Source: Mobula hypostoma (Eukaryota). Taken from it: a stretch of DNA of 64,000 nucleotides. Shown in pieces: positions 24,237 through 35,200 of this stretch. Position numbers and translations under genes: made by a program. The DNA is taken from NCBI RefSeq assembly GCF_963921235.1, contig NC_086097.1, positions 209,562,001 through 209,626,000 of the forward strand, in the 5' to 3' direction. The notes under the pieces were generated by a model. The model saw nothing but the letters and a program-made list of their open reading frames with translations, was not told where the DNA came from and searched no databases. The number at the start of each line of letters is the position of its first letter. The first letter of the stretch is position 1.

Positions 24237-24269
24237 CTGACGAAGGGTTCTGGCCCGAAACGTCGACTG
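24237..24269 (+). ncRNA. Minimal hammerhead ribozyme motif (type I, helix III reduced to CG)
   Basis: CUGACGA-A-GGGU-UCUG-GCCC-GAAA-CG-UC-GACUG. Core and helix II are intact; the 5' strand of helix I is lost at the palindrome centre. Confidence 0.6.
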
Positions 24270-24453
24270 ATCGTTTCCACGGATGCTGCCGGACCTGCTG
24301 AGTTCCTCCAGTGTGTTGTGAAAGATTCTTTCTCGTCCAGTCCTCGACCTTTCCCACCCACCTAGCTTGACTTACCACGTTCCAGTTGGCCTCTTTGCCC
24401 TTCACCCCCCCACACACTTTTTATTCAGGCATCTCCCAACCCCCCCCCCCCTT

Positions 24454-24492
24454 TAGTTCTGAAGACAGGGTCTTAGCCCGAAATATCAACTG
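24454..24492 (+). ncRNA. Minimal hammerhead ribozyme motif (variant)
   Basis: UAGUU-CUGAAGA-CA-GGGU-CUUA-GCCC-GAAA-UA-UC-AACUG. Helix I is UAGUU/AACUG and helix II is GGGU/GCCC. Confidence 0.5.
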
Positions 24493-25829
24493 TTTACTTT
24501 TTTCCATAGATGCTGCCTGACCTGCTGAGATCATCCAGCATTTTGTGTATGTGTGTTGTTTTGGCCTGTCACTTTTAAAACAATGAATTGAGGGCAATGG
24601 GGGAAGAAAAAGAGCTGAAGTCATACAAACATCTTCCTAGAGGATGATGATTTTGATTGGCAGTGATGAATTATCCCACCCTCATGACATCACTGTAGGA
24701 GTTCCTCAGACTTTGGTTAATGAGCAGCACATAATATTTGTGCCAGGCAGTGACCATATCCAACATGACAGAATGTAAGTTCAATATTCAATGGCATTAA
24801 AATCATGGAATCCATTGACGCCCTGGGAGGTCACTGCTAACCAGATACTCAAGTGCACAACTACCTAAATATTAGGGCTACAAGCACCAGCTAGAAGCTT
24901 GGAGGAGTGATTCACCTTCTGACATTGAAAAAAAGGCTTTGCACCATCTAAAAATTACATGTGAGGAATGTGATTTAACATTCTCTACTGGCTTGAATGA
25001 ATACAATTCCAATAATATTCAAAGAGCTAAACACCATCCAGGAAAAAGCTTGATTGATTTCCCAAAACCTACCGTCAACAACCATTCCATTGGACCATAC
25101 GGGAGTCAAATGCAGAAATTACCAGGACCCTTGCAAAGATATTTAAGATATTTAAATCACCCTTAGTGAAAGGAGAGATACCAGAGGATTTGAGGATAAC
25201 CAATGTTGTTCCACTGTTTAAGAAAGGCTCTAAACATAAACCTGGAAACGATGGGCCAATGAGTCTGACATAATTTGTGAGAAAGTTATGGGAAAGTATT
25301 GTTAGGGCCTGGATATATAAGTATCTGGATACATATGCACTGATTAAAGATACTGTAGGTGGCATAGCTTTGTGTGTGGTAGCTCATGTCTAACCACTCT
25401 TATAGGGTCTTTTGAGGAAGTTACCAGGAAAGTGGATAAAGGCAAGACATTGGATGTTGTCTATAAGGACTTTAAGACGTTTGACAAAGTCCCACATGGG
25501 AGGCTAGTCAGGATGGTTCAGACACTCAGCATTCAAGATGAAGTAGTAAATTTGATTGAAAATTGGCTTTGTGGGAGAAGGCAGAGAGTGGGAGTAGATA
25601 GTTGCCTTTCTCACTGGAGGCCTGTGACTAGTGGAGTGCTGCAGGGATTGATGCTGGATCCATTGTTGTTTGTCATCTGTATTAGCAATCTGGATGATAA
25701 TGTGGTTAAAAGGATCAGCAAATTTGCAGATGACCCCAAGATTGGGGTTGCAGTGGGCAGCGAGGAAGGCTATCGTAGTTTGCAGAGGGATCAGCATGAG
25801 CTGCTGGGCTGACAAATGGCAGGTGGAAT

Positions 25830-28800
25830 GGGATGGGTTGCACCTGAACCCAAGGGGATCCAATATTCCTGTGAGCAGGTTTGTTAGAGCTGTTGGGGAG
25901 GGTTTAAAATAAATTGGCAGGAGGATAGGAACGGGAGTGAAGGGACTCAGGATAGGACATATGGTAGACTGTCAGGCAGAGCAGGCAGGTGATAGGGCAA
26001 AATTGCAGCCAGCTGGATAAGTATCAGTGCTCTAGGGTTGAGAATTAAAAAAGGTAGCAAATACTGCACTACAAAGTGTTGTATCTCAATGCACGGAGTA
26101 TAAGAAATAAGGTGGATGATCCCGTGCACTTTTACAGATTATCGGGTCTGATGTTGTGGTCATCACTGAATCGTAGCTGAATGATGGTTGTTGGGAGCTG
26201 ACTGTCCATGGTTATGCATTATATCGGAAGGATAGGAAGGTAGGCAGAGAGAGTGGCAATTTTCTGCTGGTAAAGAATAGCATCTAAGCAGTAGAAAGAT
26301 GTGACATAGGACTTGAAGATGTTGAATCCTTGTGGGTTAAGTTAAGAAACTGCAAGGGTAAAAGGAGTCGGATGGCAGTTATATACAGGCCTCCAACCAG
26401 TAGCTGGGATGTGGACCACAGATTACAACGGGAAATAGAAAAGGCAGGTCAAAAGGGCAATGGTATGGTAGTCATGCGAGGTTTTAACTTGCAGGTCAAT
26501 TGGGAAAATCAGGTTAGCAATGGATCTCGAGAGTGAATTTGTTGAGTGCCTATAAGATGGCTTTTTAGACCGTTTGTTGTTGAGCCTACGAGGTGATCAG
26601 CTATACTGGATTGGGTGTTATGTGATGAACCAGACACAATTAGGAAGCTTAAGGTAAAGGAACGCTTAGGAGATGTGATCACAATATGATTAAGTTCAAC
26701 TTGAAATTTGATTAGGAGAAAGTAAAGTCTGACATAGTAGTATTTCAGTGGAGTAAAGGAAATTATAGTGATATGAGAGAGGAGTTGGCTAAAGCAAATT
26801 GGAAAAAGCTGCTGGCAGGGATGACAGCAGAGCAGCAATGGCATGAGTTTCTGGGAAAAATAAAGGTGCAGCAGGATAGATGTATTCAAAAAAAAGAAAT
26901 ACTGAAATGGCAAAAGAGTGCAACCATGGCTGACAAGGGAAATCAAAGCTAATGTAAAAGCAAAAGAGAGGGCACACAACAAAGCAAAACTTAGCTGGAA
27001 GATAGAGGATTTGGAAGCTTTTAAAAACCCATAGAAACCAACTAAAAGAACCATTAGGAGGGAAAAGATGAAATATAAAAGCAAGCTAGCAAACAATATT
27101 AAGGTGGATAGAAAAAGCTTTTTCAAGTGTATAACAATAATAAAAGAGCGATGAGAATGGATATAGGACAGCTAGGAAATGAGGCTGGAAAAATATTGGG
27201 GGACAAGGAAATGACAGATAAACTAATTGAGTATTTTGTAGTAGTCTTCACTGCAGAAGGCACTAGCAGTTTGCTAGCTGTTGAAAGGTGTGAGGGAAGA
27301 GAAGTAAGTGCAGTTACTATTATAAGGGAGAAAGTGCTCAAAAACTTGAAAGACCTAAAGTTGCATAAGTCACCTGGACCAGATGAACTGCACCCTAGGG
27401 TTCTGAAAGAGCTAGCGGTAGAGATTAGGGAGACATTAATAATGATCTTTGAAGAATCATTGTGCTCTAGACTCTGGCATGGCTCCAGAGGACTGGAAAA
27501 TTGCAAATGTCACTCAACTCTTTCAGAAAGGAAATTATAGACCAGTTAGCCTGACCTCAGTGTTTGGAAAGATGTTGGAGTCAATTGTTAAAGGCTGAGG
27601 TTATGGAGTACTTGGTGACACGGGAAAAGAAAGGACAAAGTCAGCATGGTTTCCTTAAGGGAAAATCTTACCTGATGAACCTGTTGGAATTCTTTGAGGA
27701 GTTTACAAGTAGGATAGATAAAGCGGGTGCAGTGGATGTTGTATATTTGGATTTTCAGAAGCCCTTTGACAAGGTGCCATACGTGAGGCTGCTTACCAAG
27801 TTAAGAGCCCACGGTATTACAAGAAAGTTACTCGCATAGTTAGAGCATTGGCTGATTGGTAGGAGGCAGTGAGTGGGAATAAAAGGATCCTTTTCTGGTT
27901 GGCTGCCAGTGACTAGTGGTGTTCCGCAGGGGTGGGTGTTGGGACTGTTTCTTTTTATGCTGTATATCAATGATTTAGATGATGGAATAAATAGTTTTTG
28001 CCAAGTTTGCAAAATGAAGATTGGTAGAGGGCCAGGTAGTTTTGAGGAAACAGGAAGGCTGCAGAAGGACTTAGACTGATTTGGAGAATGGGCAAGAACG
28101 TGACAAATGAAATACAATGTTGGAAAATGCATAGTAATGCACTTTGGTAGAAGAAATAAATGTGCAGACTATTTTCTAAATGGGGTGAAATTCCAAAAAT
28201 TTGAGATGCAGAAGAACTTAGGACTCCTTGTGCAGAACCCCCTAAAGGTTAACTTGCAGATCGAGTCTGTGGTGAGGAAAGCAAATGCCATGTTAGCATT
28301 CATTTCAAGAGGCCTAGAATATTAGATTAGATTATGAGGACACGCAGTCCTCTTTTATTGTCATTTAGTAATGCATGCATTAAGAAATGATACAATGCTC
28401 CTCCAGTGTGATATCACAGAAGCACATGACAGACCAAGACTGAAAAAACTAACAAAAAACACATAATTATAACATGTAGTTACAACAGTGCAAGCAATAC
28501 CGTAATTTGATAGAAGGACAGACCATGGGCATGGTAAAAAAAAGTCTCAAAGTCTCTCCAAAGTCCCAACCTCTCACGTAGACGGTAGAAGGGAGAAAAC
28601 TCTCCCTGCCATGAGCTTCCAGCGCCGCAAACTTGCCGATGCAGCATCCTGGAAGCACCCGACCACAGTCCAACTCTCAGTCCGTCCGAAGACTTCGAGC
28701 CTCCGACCAGCCCTCCGACACCGAGCACCATCTCTGCTGAGCGCTTCAACCCCATCCCCGGCCACCAGCAACAAGCAAAGCCGAGGATTTGGGGCCTTCC

Positions 28801-29591
28801 CCTCTGGAGATTCTCGATCACACAGTAGCAGCGGCAGCAAACTGGGCATTTCAGAAGTTTCTCCAGATGTTCCTCCATGCTTCTCGCGTCCATCGCCATC
28901 AAATCAGGATTGTGCACGTCCCCTATTTAACAAATACGATATCATTTCACCGGAGAGACTGTGCGTACTGTGTCGCGCCGCGTCACCATCTTCTCCTCTC
29001 CTTAGGAGCAGGAATGTGTTGTTTATAAGGCTCTGGTGAGGCCTCACCTTGAGTATTGTGAACATTTTTGGGTTCCTTATTTAAGAAAAGATGTGCTGGC
29101 GTTGGAGAGGGTTCAGTGGGCGTTCACAAGGAAGATTTCAGGAATGATCATACAAGGAACGTTTGATGGCTCTGGGCCTGTACTCGCTAGAATTTAGATG
29201 GATGACGGAGGTCTTATTGAAACCTTTTGAATAGTAAAAGGTCTAGAGAAAGTAGATGTGAAAAGGATGTTTCCAGTGGTGGTGGAGTCTAAGACAAGAG
29301 GGCACAGCTTTCTGATAGAGGGGCATCGAATTAAAACAGATGCTGAAAAATTTCCTTTGTCAGAGGGTGGTGAATTTGTGGAATTTATTACCAGAAGCAG
29401 CTGTGGAGGCCAGGTCTTTAGGTGTATTTTATGACAGAGCTTGATAGGTTCTTGATTGGCCATGGCATCAATGGCTATGGGGAGAAGGTGGGGAGTGGGT
29501 CTGAGGATGGGAAAAAAGATCAGCCACGATTGAATAGTAGAGCAGACGATGGGCCAAATGGCCTTATTCTGCTCCTCTGTCTTATGGTCTC
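25830..29591 (+). mobile_element. CR1 LINE (ORF1 esterase C-end plus decayed ORF2) nested in another CR1
   Basis: Starts at 'DGLHLNPRGSNI' (SGNH-type ORF1 motif). APE remnants at 26090-26700; 'KSPGPDELHPRVLKE', 'DVVYLDFQKPFDKVP', 'VTSGVPQG'. 7-bp TSD GTGGAAT at 25823-25829 and 29592-29598. Confidence 0.9.
28323..29002 (-). mobile_element. Non-autonomous non-LTR (SINE-like) element with a (TCTAA)n tail
   Basis: Interrupts CR1 'GLEY|RSRNV'. The minus strand starts GGAGAAGATGGTGACGCGGCGCG (CpG-rich) and ends AATGACAATAAAAG..CATAATCTAATCTA. Confidence 0.7.
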
Positions 29592-29687
29592 GTGGAATTT
29601 AATGCTGACAAGTGTGAAGTGTTGTACTTCAGTTGGACCATCTAGGGGTAGGTCTTTCACAGCGAATGGTAGGGCACTGAGGAGTGT

Positions 29688-30623
29688 GGGTGTGGCCTCT
29701 GTCAGTCGTGGTCGACCATGGGTATTGTGGCTCTGGTAGTCACTGGTTTGTCGAGCAGCGTTGACTGTGGCTATTAAGGCTGATCCTGAAACGGCAGACT
29801 CTGCCACGGTTGCTGCATGTGTAGGGCGTCGTGGAATTGTCCGCTGTCCGCTGTGCTCTCCGTTCAGCTCTCCGTTGCTCAAACTGACTCAGGGTCACTC
29901 TTTCGCCTTGCTCTAAGTGTTGCTGAAGAGTACCTCGCCATTTGTTGCGGTCATCTGCTGTATCCTCCCAGCACTCTGTGTCGATTTTTAAGGCTTTCAT
30001 GTTGTGCTTGCAGAGGTCCTTGAAGCGAAGCTGGGGGTATACCACGTTCCTCTTGCCTGTTGCTAGTTCTCCGCAGAGGATGTCCTTTGGCAGTTTACCA
30101 TCCTTCATACGAGTCTACGTTGTCTTAAAAGCGTGAACATTGTGGGGAGTCCAGCCCAGGAGAAGACCTCAGAGCCTGGGACTTTGGCTCTCCAGGTGAT
30201 GCCGAGGATGCAGTGAAGGCTGCACAGGTGAAAACTATTGAGTTTCCTCTCCTGCTTGGAGTAGATGATCCAAGTCTCGCTACCATACAGGAGGGTGTTG
30301 GTAACGCATGGATGGTACACAGCAGTCTTGATCTTTGTAGTGAGTTTCGGATTCTCCCAGACCTGCGAGGAGAGTTGAGCAAGGATCGATGCTGCTTTGC
30401 CGATACGCCTATTGATTTCCGCATCGAGGGAGAGAGTGTCGCTAATGGTCAACGCCAAGTATGTGAACTCATGGACCACTTCTAGATCGTAATTGTCGAT
30501 GGTAATGACTAGTGTCTCCACTACGTTCTGGGCAAGGACATTTGTTTTCTTTAGGCTGATGGTAAGCCCGAAGTCCTTGCATGCCTTAGAGAAGCGGTCC
30601 ATGAGAGTTTGTAGTTGTACCTT
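29688..30623 (-). mobile_element. 5'-truncated RTE-clade LINE
   Basis: 'LQTLMDRFSKACKDFGLTISLKKTNVL..FTYL..EINRRIGKAAS..LLYGSETW..RMKDGKLPKDILCGEL..RFKDLCK' with a C-terminal Cys/His remnant. TSD ACTGAGGAGTGT (29676-29687) and ACTGAGGAGTAT (30624-30635). Confidence 0.9.
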
Positions 30624-31954
30624 ACTGAGGAGTATAGTAGAACAAAAGGATATGGGAATACATTTCCATAATCTGTTGAAAGTAACATCGCAGGTAGATG
30701 GGGTCATAAAGAAAGCTTTTGGCATATTGGCCCTTATAAAGCTATGTATTGAGCACAGGAGATGGGCTGTTATGTTGAAGTTGTATAAGCCATTGTTGAG
30801 ACCTAATTTGGAGTATTGTGTGCAATTTTGGTCACCTATCAGATGGAAAGAATACAGAGAAACTTTAGAAGGATGATGCCGGGAATGAAGGACTGAGTTG
30901 TAAGGGAAGCTTGAATAGGTTAGGCCTTTATACCTTAGAACATAGAAGATTGAAAGGAGATTTAGTAGAGGTATATAAAATTGAGTGGTATAGATGGGGT
31001 GAACAAAATTGGGTAAATGCAGGTAGGCTTTTCCTCCTGAGGTTGGGGGAGACTACAACAGGAGGTCATGGTTTAAGGGTGCAAGGTGAAAAGTTTAGGG
31101 TGAACATGAGGGGAAACTTCTTCACTCAGAGGGTTATAGGAGTGTGGAATGAGCTGCCAGTGCAAGTGGTGCATGCGAGCTCCATTTCAAAGTTTATTGA
31201 AGTTTGTACAGGTACGTGGATGGTAGGGGTATGCAGGGTTATGGTCCTGGTGTAGATCAATAAGAGTAGGCAGTTTAAATGATTTTTGGCATGGACTAGA
31301 TAAGTGAAGAGCCCTGGTTCTGTGCTGCACTTTTCTATAACTCTATCAGCAGCACACTGTGGCTATTATCTGTAGTATCTACATATTACTGCATTAACAG
31401 TTCTGTGATTAATCATGTACGTTATTCAGGCACCACCTCAGAAATGCACCGCCTATATTTCCAATATAAACGAGTGCCTTGAGAACATGGGAATACCACT
31501 GAATATTCTCCTACAAATCATAACCCCCCCCCCAATGTATTGCTTCCTTCTCCACTGCGTCAAAGTTCTGGAATTCCTTCCACAACAGGAATCCGAGAAT
31601 ACCTTCAGGAGAGGGACGGCCACAAGAAATCCTGTCCCCACCGCCTGCCAAGTTCAGTTAGGGATGGGAAATACCAACTGTGCTACTGATGCCCAAACCT
31701 TGAAAGAAAATCAATCAATTGCAATTCCCTACGTAGTAAAGTAGTCTGAGGTTGAGCCCATAAAGGCTTGCGCTAGCAGATTGTGTAACATTAGAACCAT
31801 AAAGCTGTTAGGTAATAATAACTTAAAATAAAGGTGGATCTGACCATGTCATTTTTCAATTCAACAGTATTGCCATCACCAAGCAGATGAAAATAAATAT
31901 CAGTGCCACTACCCTCTTCCTGCAGCTGAACAAGCTTCTTTTGGATCTTGGGCA

Positions 31955-32260
31955 ATGCACAAAATGCTGTAGGAACTCAACAGGTTAGGCAGCATCTTTG
32001 AAAAGGAATAAGCTGTCCGTGTTTCAGACTGAGACCCTCTGTCCTGATGCTTCCTTTCCATAGATGCTGTGTGACCTGCTGAGTTCCTCCAGCTTTTTGT
32101 GTGTGTTGCCTTGGATTTCTAGCATCTGCAGATTTTCTCATGTTTGTGATTCTTTTGTACCTTTCTCAGTTCTGACAAAGAGTTTTTGATCTGAAATATG
32201 ATCTCTGTTTTTCTTCCCACAGCCTCACCTGCTGAATATTTAAAACATTTTCTGTTTTAA
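31955..32260. repeat. Degenerate Penelope-like pLTR palindrome plus adjacent older copy
   Basis: CACAAAATGCTGTAGGAACTCAACAGG and CCTGCTGAGTTCCTCCAGCTTTTTGTGTG form inverted arms. Confidence 0.65.
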
Positions 32261-35200
32261 TTACCATCACCAACTTTGACAGTATTAATAGTCTGGATGT
32301 CAGCATTGACCAGAAAACTCATTCAGATTATCTATTTAAATAGTGGCTTCAGACTTGATCAGAGGTTGGAAAGCTTGGGTGAGTGTTTCGCCTCTTGGTT
32401 CACCAAAGCCTTTTTACCATAAGACGCAAGGCAAGAATGCCATCTAAAGCAAAGTAGGCAGTATAAATGGCCCTCCACTCCAGCAATGCCATGTCATGGT
32501 TACAACTTTTATCAATTAATGCAGCAACTCACAGGAGCTTCTTTGAATGCATCCCCTTACTGTAACTTCTACAATGAGTTCCCCAGAATTGGCAATATGT
32601 TACATTTGCTTCATCATTGCTACTCTTAAATCCCAGTACCTGTCATATAACTTCATTGTAGGAATACCATCATGACTCTGTAGCAGTTCAGAAAGGAGAC
32701 GGTAATCCTCCTGGCAATGCCCATATCTCATAAAATATAGGTACATAAAAAAGCACCTTTCTGAATTTTGCTAGAAATACCTGCAGGTGGATTTTATGTG
32801 AACTTGTGGTTGGGCTTGGCCATGATTTCCTTCTTCCCGTGAAGACAGCTAATGTGTGATATCCAACCTACTGACAAAATGGGGAATTAAAGCAGGGTAA
32901 TTGATGGGATGAAGTCAACACATTACTTTACATCCATCTGATTCCCATTGAATTTAATAGAAATTAAACTGTGCAGAATGCAAAATAGGTGATCATTCCA
33001 ATTTCACCAGGACAATCCTAAGGAATGATATATAAGAGAGCGACTGCAGACAGAAAATTGGCTACTGAACTCAGGTTCAGTAAAATATCAGTGTAGAGGG
33101 AATGAGATATTGAATGAACAAATATATAACTTGAATATTAATTTAGCATGCAATAGTATCCTTGGTTTTCTGTGATATTGCCATTGTGAAAGTATAAGTT
33201 GTTATCAATAGAGGGGAAGTGACTCTTGCAGGCAAAATATAGTTCATCTTTATCTTTTAGAGTCCATGTTGCTTTCCATTTACACTGGTCCCAATGCAAC
33301 ATTTATAAAATAATTTTTAAGAGGCAGAATTTATAACTTTTTAGTCGAAAAGCAAATAAGTTGCAGAGGTGAAGGCAGATACACTAGTGAAATATAAGAG
33401 ACTACTAGACAGGTATATGAAGGAATTTAAGGTGGGGGGTTATATGGGAGGCAGGGTTTAAGGGCCAGCACAACATTGTGGGCCAAAGGGCCTGTACTGT
33501 GCTGTACTGTTCTATGTCCTATGATGAAAAACTGAAATTAAAGAATTGAATGTTTTTCTAGCAATGCACAAACTATCCGGAAGAATTCATTGGGCCACAA
33601 AGCATCTGTAGAAATAAATAGAGAGTTGATGTTCCAGTTTGAAACCTTTCATCTGAGTGGGATATTTCCACCAGCTCCTTTGTATGTTGCTCCTACATCT
33701 GCTGACTCTTGTATCTTCAGAATATTTCTTATATTTCCACCATCTGCAGTGTTTTGATTTTCCAGTGTTTTATAAAGAGTTCTAGCATTTTAAAATCTTT
33801 TTCATTTTTCTTTCTTTCATCTCCTATTTGTATCTCCAGAAACATCAGAGCACAAGAGATAGGATCGGGAAAAGGAAATCTGGTCTGCCATTCATTAAGA
33901 GCATGGCTGATCTTCTACCTCAGTGCTATTTTTTTCCTCTTTCCCCTGTTTCTCTTACATCTTATATTAATCAGTTTTCTTTTTAAAAAGTATCCAATTA
34001 CTAAGCATCCATAGCCACTGGGTGGAGAATTCCAAAGATTTGCCATCCTTTCCGAGAAACCTTTTCTCCTCATTTCAGTTCTAAACACCCTGCCCTTTAT
34101 GCTGTGACATTTGCTTCTCAGCTAGGGAAAACGTTGTCCCTGCAACCAGCCTGTCTCAAGCCCTTTTTGTTCATGTGAAATTTCAATGAGATTGCTCATT
34201 CTTATAAATTCTGCAGATACAGAACTGGTCTACTTCATCTCTGTTTATATTACAAATATGCCATTTCTGGAACCAGCCTACTTAATTTTCACTCCGTTCC
34301 CTTTGTGCCAAGTACATCCCTTACTATTAAGGGTCATTTTCCTTTGGTGTCTAATTAACTGTTTATACTAGCCTGGAAATAACAATTTTAATTGTTGAAT
34401 AGAGGCAGAATGTGTAACATTTTGGCTGAAAAGCAGATAAGCTTCAGTTGGAAATCTGAAATAAAAAGAGAATATTTTCATTTTGGATTTCCAGTTTCTG
34501 CATTTAGTGACTGACACATCTTCACCACACACCGCTACCACATGTGTGATTCAGTCTCTTTCAAACTCCATCCGATCATTAACTAGCTCCATTGGCCCTT
34601 CCACCACTTCTCTGCAATTTAAAACATGCTTGATTTCTAACTTTTCTTGGTTCTTAAAGGGAGGTCATCAAAATGAAACTTCTAAGTGTTTATTTTTCCG
34701 TACATGCTTCATAAACTGCTGAGTTTTCCAGAATTCTCTGTCGTTATTTTATATTATGCTACCTTTTAAACAAATTTTTGATTTTTATCCCAAACTCTAG
34801 GCATGTAGAAGCTGTGAGAGTTGGAAAGTAGTACACATCCCTGTGGATAATGATCTCATCCCTAGTGAAATAATGAATCTCTGATTCTGAGCTGCTTTTA
34901 TTATTTATGAGAGATGCCTTTTCACAAGTGGTATCCATGTGGTACATCTCCAATCTCTATGAGTGAACGACCGGAAGTGTGCAGAGATAGTTTACTACAA
35001 TCTTTGAATGAATACCTGGAAGTATGTTTGGGCAACTCTTAGCCTTTTGTCACAATGGAAGATTGGAGCAACCTGTTAGATCAAGTCACATCTCTGGAGA
35101 GAAATGGATAGGCAAGATCTGTTAAGTTCCCCTAGCTACTTGTTTTTTACTCCAGGATGTAGCATTTTATGTCACCATTGTCACATTGGTGTGTGTAATC

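Larger units (their letters stand above)
23985..24560. mobile_element. Cluster of Penelope-like pseudo-LTR sequence, including a head-to-head palindrome (24153-24321)
   Basis: Arms TCACAACACGCTGGAGGAACTCAGCAGG...GCCCTTCG and CGAAGGGT...CCTGCTGAGTTCCTCCAGTGTGTTGTGA, embedded in an older pyrimidine-rich pLTR copy that ends near 24560. Confidence 0.75.
25115..31345 (+). mobile_element. Decayed CR1 LINE (host copy); own segments 25115-25829, 29592-29687, 30624-31345
   Basis: 'DVVYKDFKTFDKVPH..VTSGVLQG..ISKFADDPKIG..KWQVE' continues as 'EFNADKCEVL' at 29592, then 'LLRPNLEYCVQFWSP..LGLYTLEHRRLKGDL..NFFTQRVIGVWNELP'. Confidence 0.85.

Noticed and set aside
26509..27126. 205-aa hydrophobic, membrane-protein-like ORF on the minus strand
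   Set aside because: It is the antisense of an A-rich CR1 ORF2 linker; the hydrophobicity is a compositional artefact.
30105..30876. ORFs 30105-30725(-) and 30493-30876(+) as novel fusion proteins
   Set aside because: They simply cross the RTE/CR1 insertion junction at 30623/30624.
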